A stretch of DNA of 64,000 bases from Chrysomallon squamiferum (Eukaryota > Animalia > Mollusca): contig CM022670.1 in assembly GCA_012295275.1 (NCBI GenBank), positions 6,572,001-6,636,000 on the forward strand, read 5' to 3'. The position numbers and the translations under genes are program-made. Positions 51,701-64,000 of this stretch are shown here, one piece after another. The notes under the pieces are model-generated. The model did not search any database, had not been told where the DNA came from, and worked only from the letters and a program-made list of their open reading frames with translations. The first letter of the stretch is position 1. Each line of letters starts with the position of its first letter.

Positions 51701-54700
51701 AGTTACTGTTGCAAGCTTTTGTTTTAATGTCTTTGTTATATAGATATAGTTTTTCTGCTGATGACATGTCAGTGTTAATGTTTACACATTTCACTGTTTC
51801 AGACACGGGACAAACAAACAGTCTAATATCAGCAGCTGCTGTTGCCAGTGGATTATCTCCCATACCAACAGTTAAGGTAAGTTATTCTTTTTTTCAGCTG
51901 TTTCCCAGATTATCATTTACAAATAGTTTACATAGAAATATTACTTTAAATGATTTTTTCAGGAAAAATATTTAATAATTTTTAGAACATACCTAGACAG
52001 ATATTTAAATGTTTTTTTTTTAAAGTGAACTAAGTAATAGAAAGAATAAAGTTTTATGTTTTACTATAAAGTTGACTTCTTCTAATAAGAATTCTGAAGC
52101 CAATCTCCCCAAATGATATTTGGAAGGATATAATATGGAATTCCATTTCTTCACTTTTTTTCCATGGAGAGATGTATTTTATATCAACATTGTATTCAAA
52201 ATATAATCTTAACAGCTCATAACCATTGATACAAAAATTGTTAAACATTCATTCATTTACACATTTTTAATAGTTAATCCATGTACAGTGTTAATCTGAA
52301 CCCAAATATGTCTTGTATTTCAGGAAGATATCATGTTGACATCATCAGTGACAACGTCATGTTTCTCCAGCATTGTTCCTACATCTAGTATTAGCTCTTC
52401 GTCCATCCAGTCAACACCACGAGATCACAGCATCTCTCCTCCAAACCTGTCTTCACTTCTAGACATCTCTCTCTCCTGTAACACCAATGGTTTGTACAAT
52501 ATACTCACACATAGTGTTTATAACTGTACATCTCTCTCACCTTTAACACAAACGGTTTGTACAGTATACTTACAAATAGTGTTTATAATTGTGCATCTCT
52601 CTCTCTCCTGTAACACTAACGGTTTGTACATTGTACTAAGAAATAGTGTTTCTTCTGTGACACGAACGGTTTGTACAGTATACTCTCAAATAATGTTTAT
52701 AATTGTATGTGTCTCTCTCCTATAACGCTGTTAGTACAGTATACTCACAAATAGTGTTTAAAATTGTACCTCTTTAACGCCAATGATTTGTACAGTATAC
52801 TCACAAATAGTGCTTATAACTGTACATCTCTCTCTCTCTCCTGTAACACTGTACAGTATACATAAATCATTTTTATAATTGTACATCTCTCTCACCTTCA
52901 ACACCAATGGTTTATACAGTATACCCAAATAGTGTTTATAATTGTACATCTCTCACCTGTTAAACCAATGGTTTGTACGGTATACTCAAATAATTGTCCA
53001 CTCTCTCTGCTGTAAAAAAGTTCAATAAACAGCAGTAGTAGTTACACTTTATGTTTTTAAATGATTTTCTTTTACTGTAATTAAAATAAAAATGTTTTTT
53101 GTTTTGGTTTCAGCTTCAGACAATGCAGACAAGTTTCTTGACATGGTGAATTCCAATACAGGTTTTTCCGGTAGGTGTACAAACTTTGGAAAAAAATATT
53201 TCTTTCAAATTATTTAGGTAAAAATTATACCTCATAGAAAACATCATCACAAAAACAGCATATTTTGTTTCTTATTGTAAAAGCATGTATGTATTTTTTT
53301 AAACTGAAAAATTTCGTGTATATGTATAACATTTAAATAAATTTAATAACCTATTATTTCATAAAATAATATCACTTAGTTGTTTGAAACATTGGGCATA
53401 GTTTCTGTTGGTTTTTATTAAAATAAAAATACTGCTTATTTTAATATTGATTTTGCTGTTAATTGGGATAAATATGTAAAACAAAATTTCACTTTTCTGA
53501 GTTATATGTGTAAAACAAAAACATTTTACTTCAGTATTTATTTTCTCGTGATATAAAATATTTGTTGTTTACACAGAGGATAAATTGATTTAAATGTGAT
53601 ATTTACTATGTTGTTGTTTACGCAGGGTTGCTGGGTAACTCAAAGCACCTGTCTTCAGGTGATGAACAGAGTCGACTGATGACTCCGCCCCACAGTCCAG
53701 GCTCTCCACACGACAAAGTGAACTTCTGTGCCGGAGACAGCAAGTACTGGCTGCATGGAGAGGTGACAACCTGCACTCCTCTAACTAGAATTTACTATAA
53801 CACTTCTTTGTTTAACAAGAATTTATAATAACAGTTTTTTGTTTAACAACAATTTATAATTATGTTTTGTTTAACAACAATTTATAATAACACTTTTTTC
53901 TTCAACAAGAATTTATAATAGCAGTTTTTATTTAATAAGAATTTATAATAATAGTTTTTGGTTTAATAACATTTTATAATAGTTTTTAACAACAGTTCAT
54001 AATAGTTTTTTATTTATAAATTATATATAAGAATTTATAAGAATTTATTTGGACATCTCATTAAGGATTTTTTTTTTTTTTTTTTTTTTTTCAGTGTTGT
54101 TTAAGTAATACTAATGTTTTGTGAAATATTTTTTGTACATCTATCAGGGTCTGGACATTTCATTAAGCAGTCTGTTAGTGGACTCTCCAGCTAAGAAACC
54201 TTTCCCACCAACAACATCGTCAGGTTTTATCTCTGCACCACCAGCTCTGTTCAGTGAACACTCTCAGGATTCCATTGTATCAAAACTTGATGTAAGTACA
54301 CTCAGTCAGAATTAGATATACATGTACTTTGTAAAACAGCTAACAGATTGCTTTGTGTCAAATCTTGATCTAAGTACACTCAGATATACATGTACGTTGT
54401 AAAACAGCTAAGAAATTGCTTTGTGTCAATGCCTGATGTAAGTATATTAAATACATGTACATCATTGTATAATCATTAAAGGATTTCAGTTGAAACTAGG
54501 ATGTATGAGCATAGTGCATGTTGACAGTGCAGTTCTAAAAGATGATGATCAATTTAAGGAACAAAACATTTTTTTTTTTGTGATGTTTTTCTACATATGT
54601 ATTTAATATTATGTAATTTATTTTTCATTCAGATTTCTCATTTCAACAAATATCTGTGTTTTTCTGGTTAGTTTTATGTAGTTTCAACAAAGATTTTATT

Positions 54701-54896
54701 TTATTATTACTTTTTTAACAGATATTGTTAAACGGTTTTTTGTATTCGGCAGGTTGACTCCACTCTGCAAGTGATGATGAATGAAAACAGTATGGACTAC
54801 GTGAGCAAGTTTGAAAACCTCGCCGCTCACATCGAAGGAACAAACTTTCTCAGTAAATCAGATCACCCCAAAACCTACAAGATGTTCAAATCATAG
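42797..54896 (+). CDS. CRAMP1: Protein cramped-like (SANT-domain chromatin regulator), 21 coding exons, about 1196 aa once a 1-nt frameshift in exon 2 is corrected
   Basis: Exons 42797-42864, 44020-44449, 45040-45137, 45424-45577, 45784-45858, 46295-46343, 46793-46828, 47053-47102, 47457-47656, 48038-48179, 48560-49458, 49917-50126, 50505-50630, 50861-51125, 51400-51465, 51803-51876, 52324-52489, 53114-53170, 53626-53762, 54148-54291, 54753-54896. Diagnostic motifs: WDLWTDYDKKNFFEGVAEHGKDFEAI, KNKDQVRFFYYRTWNKI, ELYGLINYG, VQSLAQNPRL, VQRTLLP and the C-terminal MMNENSMDYVSKFENLA. Confidence 0.93.
47657..48037 (+). other. U12-type (minor spliceosome) GT-AG intron of CRAMP1
   Basis: 5' splice site GTATCCTTT, branch site TTCCCTTGAC at 48018-48027 about 11 nt before the AG, and no polypyrimidine tract. 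The flanking exons join in phase 0. Confidence 0.9.
50712..50870 (+). repeat. Three ~55 bp tandem copies of the CRAMP1 exon-14 acceptor region
   Basis: cagacatttaaaa..gtgttttt..cagca.t.caat is repeated. The last copy is the in-frame acceptor (50860). Confidence 0.75.
52463..53015 (+). repeat. ~55-65 bp minisatellite (9-10 copies) made of the CRAMP1 exon-17 end plus its donor
   Basis: Unit acatctctctctcctgtaacaccaatg|gtttgtacagtatactcacaaatagtgtttataattgt. The first copy is the real exon end. Confidence 0.9.
53788..54045. repeat. ~30 bp tandem repeat (aagaatttataataacagttttttgtttaac)
   Basis: About 7 degenerate copies starting just after the exon-19 donor. Confidence 0.8.
54283..54460 (+). 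repeat. 2.5 tandem copies (~70 bp) of the CRAMP1 exon-20 end plus its donor
   Basis: cttgat|gtaagtacactcag...catgtac..gtaaaacagctaa...attgctttgtgtca is repeated. Confidence 0.85.
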
Positions 54897-56024
54897 TGAA
54901 ATGTTTGTCTGTTTTGTGTCATTCATTACAGGCAACTTCTAATTAAAAATGTTTATCACAAGAATGTTGTGAAGTGACCATTATGAAACACGTGAGCAGC
55001 TTTCTGGAATGTTAAAAATGTATGAAACTTTTTCAACACTGGTGCATCATAAATTATGACTAATGATTGCTTGTTTTTTTTTTATCCCAAATATGTGATG
55101 AAAATAGAGCAGTAGTACAAACAAATTGAGATTTCTGGGATGTTAACAAATGTTCAAAACAGACTCAGTGTTTCAACACTACTGTGTTAAGAGTTAGAAT
55201 TAATTATTCCTGTTTTCTGTTAATTTTCTGTTTTTTCTTACGAATTTTTCACAAGCATGTTGTGGAAATACAGTTGTAAGTGATACATGATTCAGATTCC
55301 TGGGATGTTAACAAATATTTCAAGAAAGGCTTGTGGTTTGTCACCAATGTCTTGAGAATGCAAACTGATCATGAATTACAAGTATATTGTGATACATCAC
55401 AAAACAACTTGGATCTGATTTCTCACAGTCCTAACAAAGAAAATAAACCATTGTTAGTGACAGAAAATGGTTTACGTATATTTACAAGTAACTAACAAGA
55501 AAATTAATGGATAGAAACTTCATTTTATTTGTAAACTAAAAGTTACAATTTTTATTTATTGTAATTTATACATCTGGTGTATCAGTATGCAAGATTTTTA
55601 TGTTAGTATTTTTAACTCAGTATTTCATTTGCAATCATTACTTTTATTTTTTATTCATTTAAATTTTTAAAATTCATTTAAGTAGGCTTTTCTTTTTTGA
55701 ATGAAAACTGAAAAATTCTGCACTAAAATATAAGCAGGAGAGAAATGTTAGAATAATTTATTCACATGTATGTTGATACTTTCCAGAATTTAAGATGAAA
55801 ATGGGGAAATTGTTTTAATCTGAATTTTCAAGATGGGGCTAAAAGAATCTTACTTTAAATAGTGATGTTCAGGTATTATGTTTATTGTTGAAAGTTGAGG
55901 CAGGGAGAATTGCATAATTAGAAATGTAAAGTGAATTCCTGTGTAAATATTTTTTAAAATGTTTTTGAAGGTATAAACTGGTTTTGTAAACAGTACTGAC
56001 ATTAATGTTATTGAAATGTAACTA

Positions 56025-56686
56025 CAGTGGTACCTCGAGTTACGAGTAGTCGCACCACTGATTTTTTGCTTTGAGTTGCGAGCCAATATCAGAGTTACGA
56101 GCAAGCTTCAGGTATGCTGCCATAAGTTGGTGCAGTGAACAACATAACTCTGGCCAGCATCCTGTATCTTCACGTGGTTACCTTGCCACAGAAACATCTC
56201 TGTTGTGTTGTGCTCATGTTTTGTGCAGTATTTTGCCAAATTTCTTTTTTCTGGCCATGGATCCTAAGCAAAGGACAGTGCTGAGAAGAAGAAGCAGATG
56301 ATGTCCATTGAATTAAAACTTGAATTCATAGAAAAACATGGACATTGTGTGCATGTACCATACTGAAGTAGAAGTCGATAAAGTCTAACTCCAGCTAAAG
56401 GCGTTAAAATAATTTGTCTGATCTCCATGATAAATACACTTCACAAAACAAATTAATTTCTTTACATTCTCTTTTATTTTGTTTTTTATACAATATTTGT
56501 CATTTATAAATACATTTTTCTTATTTAAAAACATTTTACGAAAAAAAAATGGGGTGGTTTTTGTGGTCTGGAACAGATTAATGGTATTTCAATTAATTTC
56601 ATTTGGGAACATTGATTTGATATACAAGAAAATTGAGATACAAGCTCGGTCACGGAATGAATTAAACTCAAGTCGAGGTACCACTG
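56025..56686 (+). mobile_element. Internally deleted pogo/Tigger (TIGD1-like) DNA transposon
   Basis: Perfect 14 bp TIRs CAGTGGTACCTCGA...TCGAGGTACCACTG flanked by TA on both sides. It contains a decayed transposase N-terminus (MDPKQ../DSAEKKKQMMSIELKLEFIEKH../TILK*KSIK../TPAKGVKII) typical of the CENP-B/pogo HTH region. Confidence 0.92.
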
Positions 56687-59600
56687 TATATTGTTTGATT
56701 ACAAAAGATATAAGTACACACACTGATTTAGCATTGAGAAACTAATTATATAACTAAGTGAATAAATTTAAAAACTAAACCAAATTAATTTTTTTTTAAA
56801 AATAATTATAACTTTTAGGTTTTAAATGTAAAAAGGAGATTCTACCTGGGTGTTAACATTAGGTTTATATTTACACCTGGAATAAATAAAATACTACATT
56901 AAGTTCAGACAATCAGCTTTTAATACTTTCTAGTCTTCAGAGTTTGTACTTAACTGAAAATATGAGCAAAATGTAGAAATTTTATTAAGAAGGAAATATC
57001 TTTTGTAAATTGTCACAGTAATAGTTTAGTATAATTTATATATAAAAAACTAATCAAACATGAACAACCAAACTGTTTTATAGACCAAATGTTATTGCCC
57101 GTTGTGAATTCCATGTGATCAGATTATTTTAGTTTTAGTTACTTTAGATAATGCAAAGAGAACTGCCCATCAGAAATGGTGCTAGCAAATATTTATTGTT
57201 CCTAAACTTATTTTAAGCATTAACTTTGGCTTAGTGGGAGGAATTCAGTAAAGCTAAGTTATTAATAATATTGACTATTACATGACATTATTTCATCTAT
57301 AAACATTCATTTACACCATCTGTATCAAAATTAATTTTGCTCACTTAAACAAATTTGTAATCTTGCAGAAGAAACTGTATTATTTTACACACAGGAAATA
57401 CTGTCTCTGTTAAAATTATTTTTTACAAGTCTGAATTTTTATTTTCGTTGGTAAAAGTTTATAATAACAAATATAAGACAACAGAAATAGTTAGATAAAT
57501 ATTAGCAGAACATGAATTTAATGCATACATGAACACTAAATAATGGATTGTTGCTGGAATGTAAAATATATATAAATATTTGTGCACTGCAGTAAAAAAA
57601 AAAAACAAAATCTAGACAGAAGTAGAACGTGATGTTGCATACTGTTAATTAGCATATGTTACTTAACATAGTTATTTTTAGCTTTCATGTTACTGGAATA
57701 GATAAATTCATAGGCAACATTTGTGTATTAAAAAAATGTTTAAATTGGAAATGTTGACTACATGCTGGAAGGGAGGTACATAGAGAAAACAGATGTAATC
57801 TGGACACGTTGAATTACAATGCACATTGTCAGAGAAAAAGATAAATAATTGATGGAGTTGAGCAGGGAGAGATTTTAATTTTATTAAAATTAATTTTGTT
57901 GCATAAAGAAAAGTTAATAAATTTACTCAAGTGCAGTATTTATAGAGTTTGAAATTTTTCTAGCAAGATGTTGAGTTTGTTAAAGTGTTAGTGTATTAAG
58001 TTAAATTTACAAAATAGGGTACACCTGTTTCTAATTAGTTATCTTTAGCATTTATTAGTGTAACCTTGTTTTAATCTGAGAGAGATTAAAAAAAATAATA
58101 GTTTTATTACAACTTATCAGTCACAGTGAGAAAAACTTGAGTTTCATTTCTTATCTTGTATGTACATAGATAATCGTGTGTTGTGTACAGTGGTAAATTG
58201 TGCAATATTTTCACAGCATAAATTATTGTACATTTTGTTTTTCATTGGTCATTTCAGTTCATGCCTTAAACAGCTGTTGTGTGAGATTCAAGTGTGCTGC
58301 AGAAATTTCACGTAAATTGTTGCCGAAATATTAGCCTTTACTTGCTTACATTTTTCTTTTCTTTTAGAAACACACATATTCTGGTATGAATTTTTATCTT
58401 TACCTTCTTTTTTCTTTCTTTCTTTCCAGTTTCAAACACTTGTAAGCAATAAATCATGAGATTTTTGTAAAATAAAAATGTTTTTTTTTTATTTTGTTTG
58501 TTATCAGATAACAAATTACAGATGTAGCTAAATGTGGTTGACTGGTAATAAGTGTGTTTTTAAGTGGGTACATCTGCATATATTTTTATATTTGGATTTA
58601 ACATTTATAGGTTTATAAAATTTTAATAACAATATTTATCTTTTAGCAGTCAAACGTTTAATGTAGAAACTGAATTTTAAAAAAAAAATTGTTATCCGAG
58701 ATGAAATGAGAATTAGATTTACTAAATCTAGGATGTGCATTGGATGCAAAGAAAAGCCTAACCATAAAAATGATGTATTAAAAATAAAACCACCTTTGCA
58801 TTCCTTTGGGCTTATCAGAATTTGCAAAAACTAGAATGTTACTGCTGATGGAAAATCGTGTGGATATGTTTATCTTTGGTAAATGCAAAATAATAACTAT
58901 TTCACTTGCTTATTTTTAAATAGCTCATCAGATCTTAAGTTTTCAGTATTTAATATATGGTTTCAGATACACAATGCTGTTGCTGTGTTCAGCTGTCAGG
59001 TATTTTACTTCCAGATTAGCAGAGCAGCACATACCCATACCCTATCAATATGAATTGTAGTGTAATGTCTGGAACAAGAATAACAAGTGAAAAATTGATT
59101 TTGCTTTATTGGAAGTATCCAGAAATAAAAACATTTTCAGTCCTGCTTTCAAAAATAATTTTGTTCCTATATGGTATTTGTTTGGGATTATCATCAGGAA
59201 AGTGCTTAAAAAAAGCTCATAAATACATGGATTACATACAGCTCACTGAAATCATGGCAAAAATATTTTAATAATTAGCGTAAAAACATTAAAAACAACA
59301 ATCAACAACAATGGGGAAATAAATTTATTATATACAATGCATACATAAATAAAATTATGTATATTTCACAAAAATATTATTTTTATTGATTATTATTTTT
59401 TATTTTTATATTTCTTTTGTACAATTCATTCAAAATGCTCCTTGCCAGTTACTTTCTTCACATCAAAATCCCAATCCAGCTAAATATTAAGTACCCATGT
59501 GTCCACTACATTAATATTCTAGTGGATAAGATATGGGTTTCTATAACATGCAGGAACAAAAAAACACAAACCATCTTCAGTAAGAAAAGTGCTAGTAGAG

Positions 59601-61786
59601 GAGATAAATACAATGAACATTGTGATTATATATATATATATATATAAAACCACTGAACAATTCTAACATATTTATTTTAATTTTAATAATGGTAATTTGA
59701 TAACAATGAAATTAATGATGACTGCTAGTTTGTCATTTCACTGAAGCTGAAACTGAGTATGTACTTTTTGTTCACATTGTGGCCTGCATAATGTGAATCT
59801 AATAAAAAATATAGTTTCATGTCCAGCATGAAGGTATTATTTTTTTATTTCACTGTTGATAGTAATAAATATCTGTATTTGTTTCTCTACACGCTATAGC
59901 AGTAATCTATGAAACACAATCAATTAATTGCCCTATAGGAATATACCTGCACTACAAACATATGTAAATAAATGTTAGTAACACTATGAATCATAAAAAC
60001 AAAAAATTGAAAATGTTTTTTTTTTTTGCATTAATACAACCAACATGCTCAAGTATTTTTAAAAATAAAACATGCCTCTATTTGAATTTCTGCCAATGTC
60101 TAAAGGGTAAAAAAAAAAAAAGGTATTTTGTTTTTGGTTTTGTTTTACTTCTTTAAAAAAAAAAAAAAAAAAAAAATTAATAAAATAGTAACATGGATTC
60201 TAACATTATTTAATATAATATAAATAAAAGATTCAAGTAAATAAATAAAATGAAAAAAAAAAAAAATTAAAATGTTATCCAAAAAAAGTGATCATAGACA
60301 AACATTTATTTCCTATTTTATTTCTGTTTAAATGTACTAAGTTTTACTGCAGATATGTAAAATATTTGTCCTTTTGCAAAACAAACATTTCATGCTGTGA
60401 TGTCTAGTAATATAAAATATGCTAGATTTATTACAAATAATATTTGTCAACACTAACCATTGCTGCCTGTAAATTTGTACTTCAAAATTATCTTAAAAAC
60501 AAATATAAGCTATGTAATAACAATTGATAGTTTTAAAAACACAACATTATACAGCTTTATTTTTTGGACAGATCACACTTAGCAAAGATTATTTCTATAT
60601 TTTGAACAAAAATAGTTAGAAATTTATTTATTTTTTAATTAAATTACAATTGGTTATAATCAAATCTGAAAATACAAATCGTAAATAAATACTTGCACCG
60701 GGAAGTTTGTATGTGCTAAATAAAAAAGGTTGACAACAGTCACACGGTAACAAAGGTTAAATGCTTGCGATGATGGCAACGACGCTGCTGAAGGAGGCAC
60801 ACAAGCGATGTAAAGAATCGACTATGCTAACATCAGGTTTTATGAATGGTTTTAAGTATACAAGTAGAAGTGTCTGAGGTTGACTAGTCAAGCGAAACAC
60901 AGAGAGAAGAGCGACACAGAAATCCAAAATAACAAATGTAGAACAGAACCAGTAACTTCAAAGTCATCACAAAGTTATCTCTCCATCAACAGTTCATACA
61001 AGCTTTCACTGTTAATTTGTTTCCTAAAGGTAATAAGTAATATCCGATATATGCACATCCCCCAAAAAAAAAAAAAAAAAAAAAAAAATGCTTTATATAA
61101 AGCAAAATTATAGGTCTTCATTAAGTATGGCTCCAGATTATTTTAACATTAATGTTTCAGATATATGTATGCACCAAACTATTTTGACATTAAAATCTGA
61201 TCAATATGTGAAAGGAAAGATACAGAGTTGTTGAGTTTCTGGTATTTTTATCTACAAACTGGATTAAAATAACTTGTGCTTGTGTACAAGGACCTAATTA
61301 GATTTACTGCAGTTTAAACAGGTGAAAATTTTGGAAAATACTCCAGCATTTTTATTATTTTGTTTTTTATTTATTTATTATGCTTTAAGAGTACTAATCC
61401 TGAATTTTAGCCAATTTATATAGCAAATTTAAACTGTAGAAAACAGCTGTCATAACACTATACATTAAAAAAAAAAAAAAAAAAAGGATAACATATCATT
61501 CTTGGTGACTTTTTGTACATTCACAGAAACTGGTCACTTATCACTGACTGCCATATATAGCTGTTATTTTAACTTTTTATATAATGAGAAAAAAACATCA
61601 ACATCAGCTATTAAATTCTAGTATCAGTGATATTATTATTATTATTATATATTTTTTGACAAACATGAAGACCTAAAAAAAAAAATGAATGAAATTTTAC
61701 TAACAATAATAATAAAGTCTAAAACAACCAGTTTCCATGCTTCTACCTTTGCATCAATACGACACGCCAGTTTTTTTTTACTATTT

Positions 61787-64000
61787 TCATGAAGGATTTT
61801 GTCGTGAATGATAAACTGGGGGTTGGTACAGTTTCTGAGAGGGTCGAGGTTTTTGGTGTTGCTGACTTCTCTCATACATTCCTGTCCCACCTCTGCGAAA
61901 CTCCATAGTTCCTATTGGAGCACTGTTGAGAACATCGTCACCTGGGTATGGAGGTGGTGCTGACAAAGGCATTTGTGGTGGAGATACTAAAATGTTCGGC
62001 TGGTGCGGATTTCGTGGATTGTTGAACTGTCTGAAATGGTCCATAGGTCCGTTTGTTTGCTGGGAAAAAAAAAAAAAAAGAGGATAAAAAATAAAAATCA
62101 GAAATAAATATTTTTACTTTGCTGTAAAAAAAAAAAAAATAATAAAGGTCAAATATTTTATAAAACATAATTGTTTTTTTCATACAATTTTACTGATTTA
62201 TTTTTTTTTATTTCAGCTCTTGAATTAAGAATCTTTATTATTTTTTATTTATTTTATTGGTTGACACTTTTATGAATGATTTGATGCTAAGACAGGTGAA
62301 CTGCAGCTTTCTTATTCCTAACCAAGCTTTTGTTATTACTGTAGAACTTTATTATCAGCAAAGTTAATAAAAACAAGTACACATGCAAAATATATTTAGG
62401 ATATTTCTTCACTTCATCAGTTACTTTAAAAATAACACAAAAAAGTAATTATTTGCCTATGTAAGCAAAATTTCATTTTTAGATTTTTTACTTCAGATTT
62501 CAGGAATACCAGTTCTTCATTTTTAATTAAAGACAACTCACCCAGTTTGTTTTCATTGGTCTAATGTCAGTCAGTAAAACCTCTTCTGCATTTCCATACT
62601 CGACAAATGTGACAATACACGTACCAACATCCACGGCCATCTTCTCAATGCGAGACGGGTAAAACTGAAATCACAAAACACTAACTCTAGATATATGTTC
62701 TAACATCTCTGTTTTTATTCCCAGTTCTACAGAAAGTCAGTGAAAACAGTCATTAATGTTACACTGAATTTTTCACCAAAGTTAAGTGACAATAAACTTT
62801 CTAGAAAGCTTCTCAGTATATTAATTTTAAATTATTTAAAAACATCTAGTAAATAATGAAAAAATTTGCTTGAAACTATCATCATTCCTATCATATAACT
62901 GTTAATATAGCATTAATGAGAGAATACTTATAAACACAAACATGCATGCACACCCATGCCCACAAACTCATCAATGAATGATTTAGTCATTAAGAGAGTT
63001 TTTAGTACCTTTTTATAATGTTACACAATTATTTATCTTTCATAAGTCATAGATTTTTATTGACTAAAATCAAACATGTTTAAACATGTTAATACTCACT
63101 CTGTTATCTTCCCAGTACTTGGCCAGACACATATCTCCTTCCTTCCAGGCCCTTGTGTCTCTCGACTGAAAAAATTATCACTTTGTAAATATATCACAAG
63201 CATACAGCTATACATTCTTTTTACAGGTTTTCTTACTAGTTTTGAAAAGTTTAAGTTTAATGGCTCAATTTTCCTTGATATTTATCAAAATGACATTTAA
63301 TTTTTTCAGCAGAATACAAGCATATTTCTGAATATTTGTGAATGTGTGTGTTTTTGTAAACATGAAACTTTTATCTTGGTTTTATTTTATTAGCTAAAGC
63401 ATTATTTACAAATTAAAATATTTTATTATTTAACATTTTGTTATGAGATACAGTGAAATTTTAAATAATAAATAAATTTACATACCCAATTATTCTGACC
63501 ATCATTTGCTTTCATTCTTCCTGAGTCAGAAGTCCACTTTTCACTTTGTCCTTCATTCCGTCTGTCTTTTGGGTTGGTTTGCCTGTCTTTTGGTTTACTT
63601 TGTTTGTTGTTTACAAAATGGCTGTCCTGTCGTGAATCATAAGACGAATTGTCTTCGTCATAATAATTCTGCCTGGTGGGATTCTGTGCTCTGTTCTGAG
63701 TGCTGGAGCTATCTGGACGGTTTTGATTTCTTTCAGACGGTTTCCTGATGTTTCCCGACTCTGGCCGTTTAGAAGAATTAAACTGTGATCTGTCCTGTGA
63801 GTTGGAAATGTTGTTGTAAGCAGGTTGACTAGACGTGTTTCTAGACTGGTTAGAATACTGCTTGAAGTCTTCTCTCCTTGGGTTCAAGTCTTGTTTGTTA
63901 ACTAGCCGAGGTGGCAGGTTCTGTTTGCGGTTTGGATGACTGTGACTGGCGGTGTCGTCACTGCTGAATTGTTGCTGTTGTTGCTGTTGCTGTTGCTGTT
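61787..64000 (-). CDS. TDRD3: Tudor domain-containing protein 3, 3' part (5' end outside the window)
   Basis: Exons >64000-63486 (polyQ, NLPPRL, low-complexity), 63165-63100 (WKEGDMCLAKYWEDNR), 62664-62542 (FYPSRIEKMAVDVGTCIVTFVEYGNAEEVLLTDIRP, Tudor) and 62059-61787 (MEFRRGG...QKLYQPP). All introns are phase 0. A C-terminal Tudor followed by EFRRGG/YQPP is characteristic of TDRD3. Confidence 0.92.

Noticed and set aside
60690-60960. CpG-containing segment with ATGATG...CTGA resembling a C/D snoRNA
   Set aside because: The C box is incomplete and there is no terminal stem. It is better explained as TDRD3 3'UTR exon sequence.
26294-64000. Functional 'splicing cluster' (U5 array, U12 intron, Tudor protein)
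   Set aside because: No evidence of co-regulation. The neighbourhood is plausibly coincidental.

Overview
AT-rich, microsatellite-dense eukaryotic DNA from an intron-rich invertebrate animal (a lophotrochozoan such as a mollusc is my inference). It is not prokaryotic, and almost all ORF-track hits are microsatellite translations. Left to right: (1) the 5' exons of an unidentified minus-strand gene (ATG at 21679) with long introns, probable alternative first exons and a CRE/E-box/FoxO-rich upstream region; (2) a ~7.7 kb tandem array (about 25894-33580) of seven near-identical U5 snRNA genes in ~1.1 kb units, each carrying PSE/DSE-like elements, six also carrying an unexplained ~250 bp conserved block, with the array starting at a truncated pogo/Tigger end; (3) a 4-exon Jupiter/HN1 (JPT) gene on the minus strand, head-to-head with (4) a 21-exon CRAMP1/cramped gene that has a U12-type intron, an apparent 1-nt frameshift in exon 2, several tandem repeats seeded on splice junctions and a deleted Tigger element downstream of the stop; (5) the 3' exons of TDRD3 on the minus strand. 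Exon models were read by eye from splice signals, phase consistency and remembered protein motifs. No database search was run.
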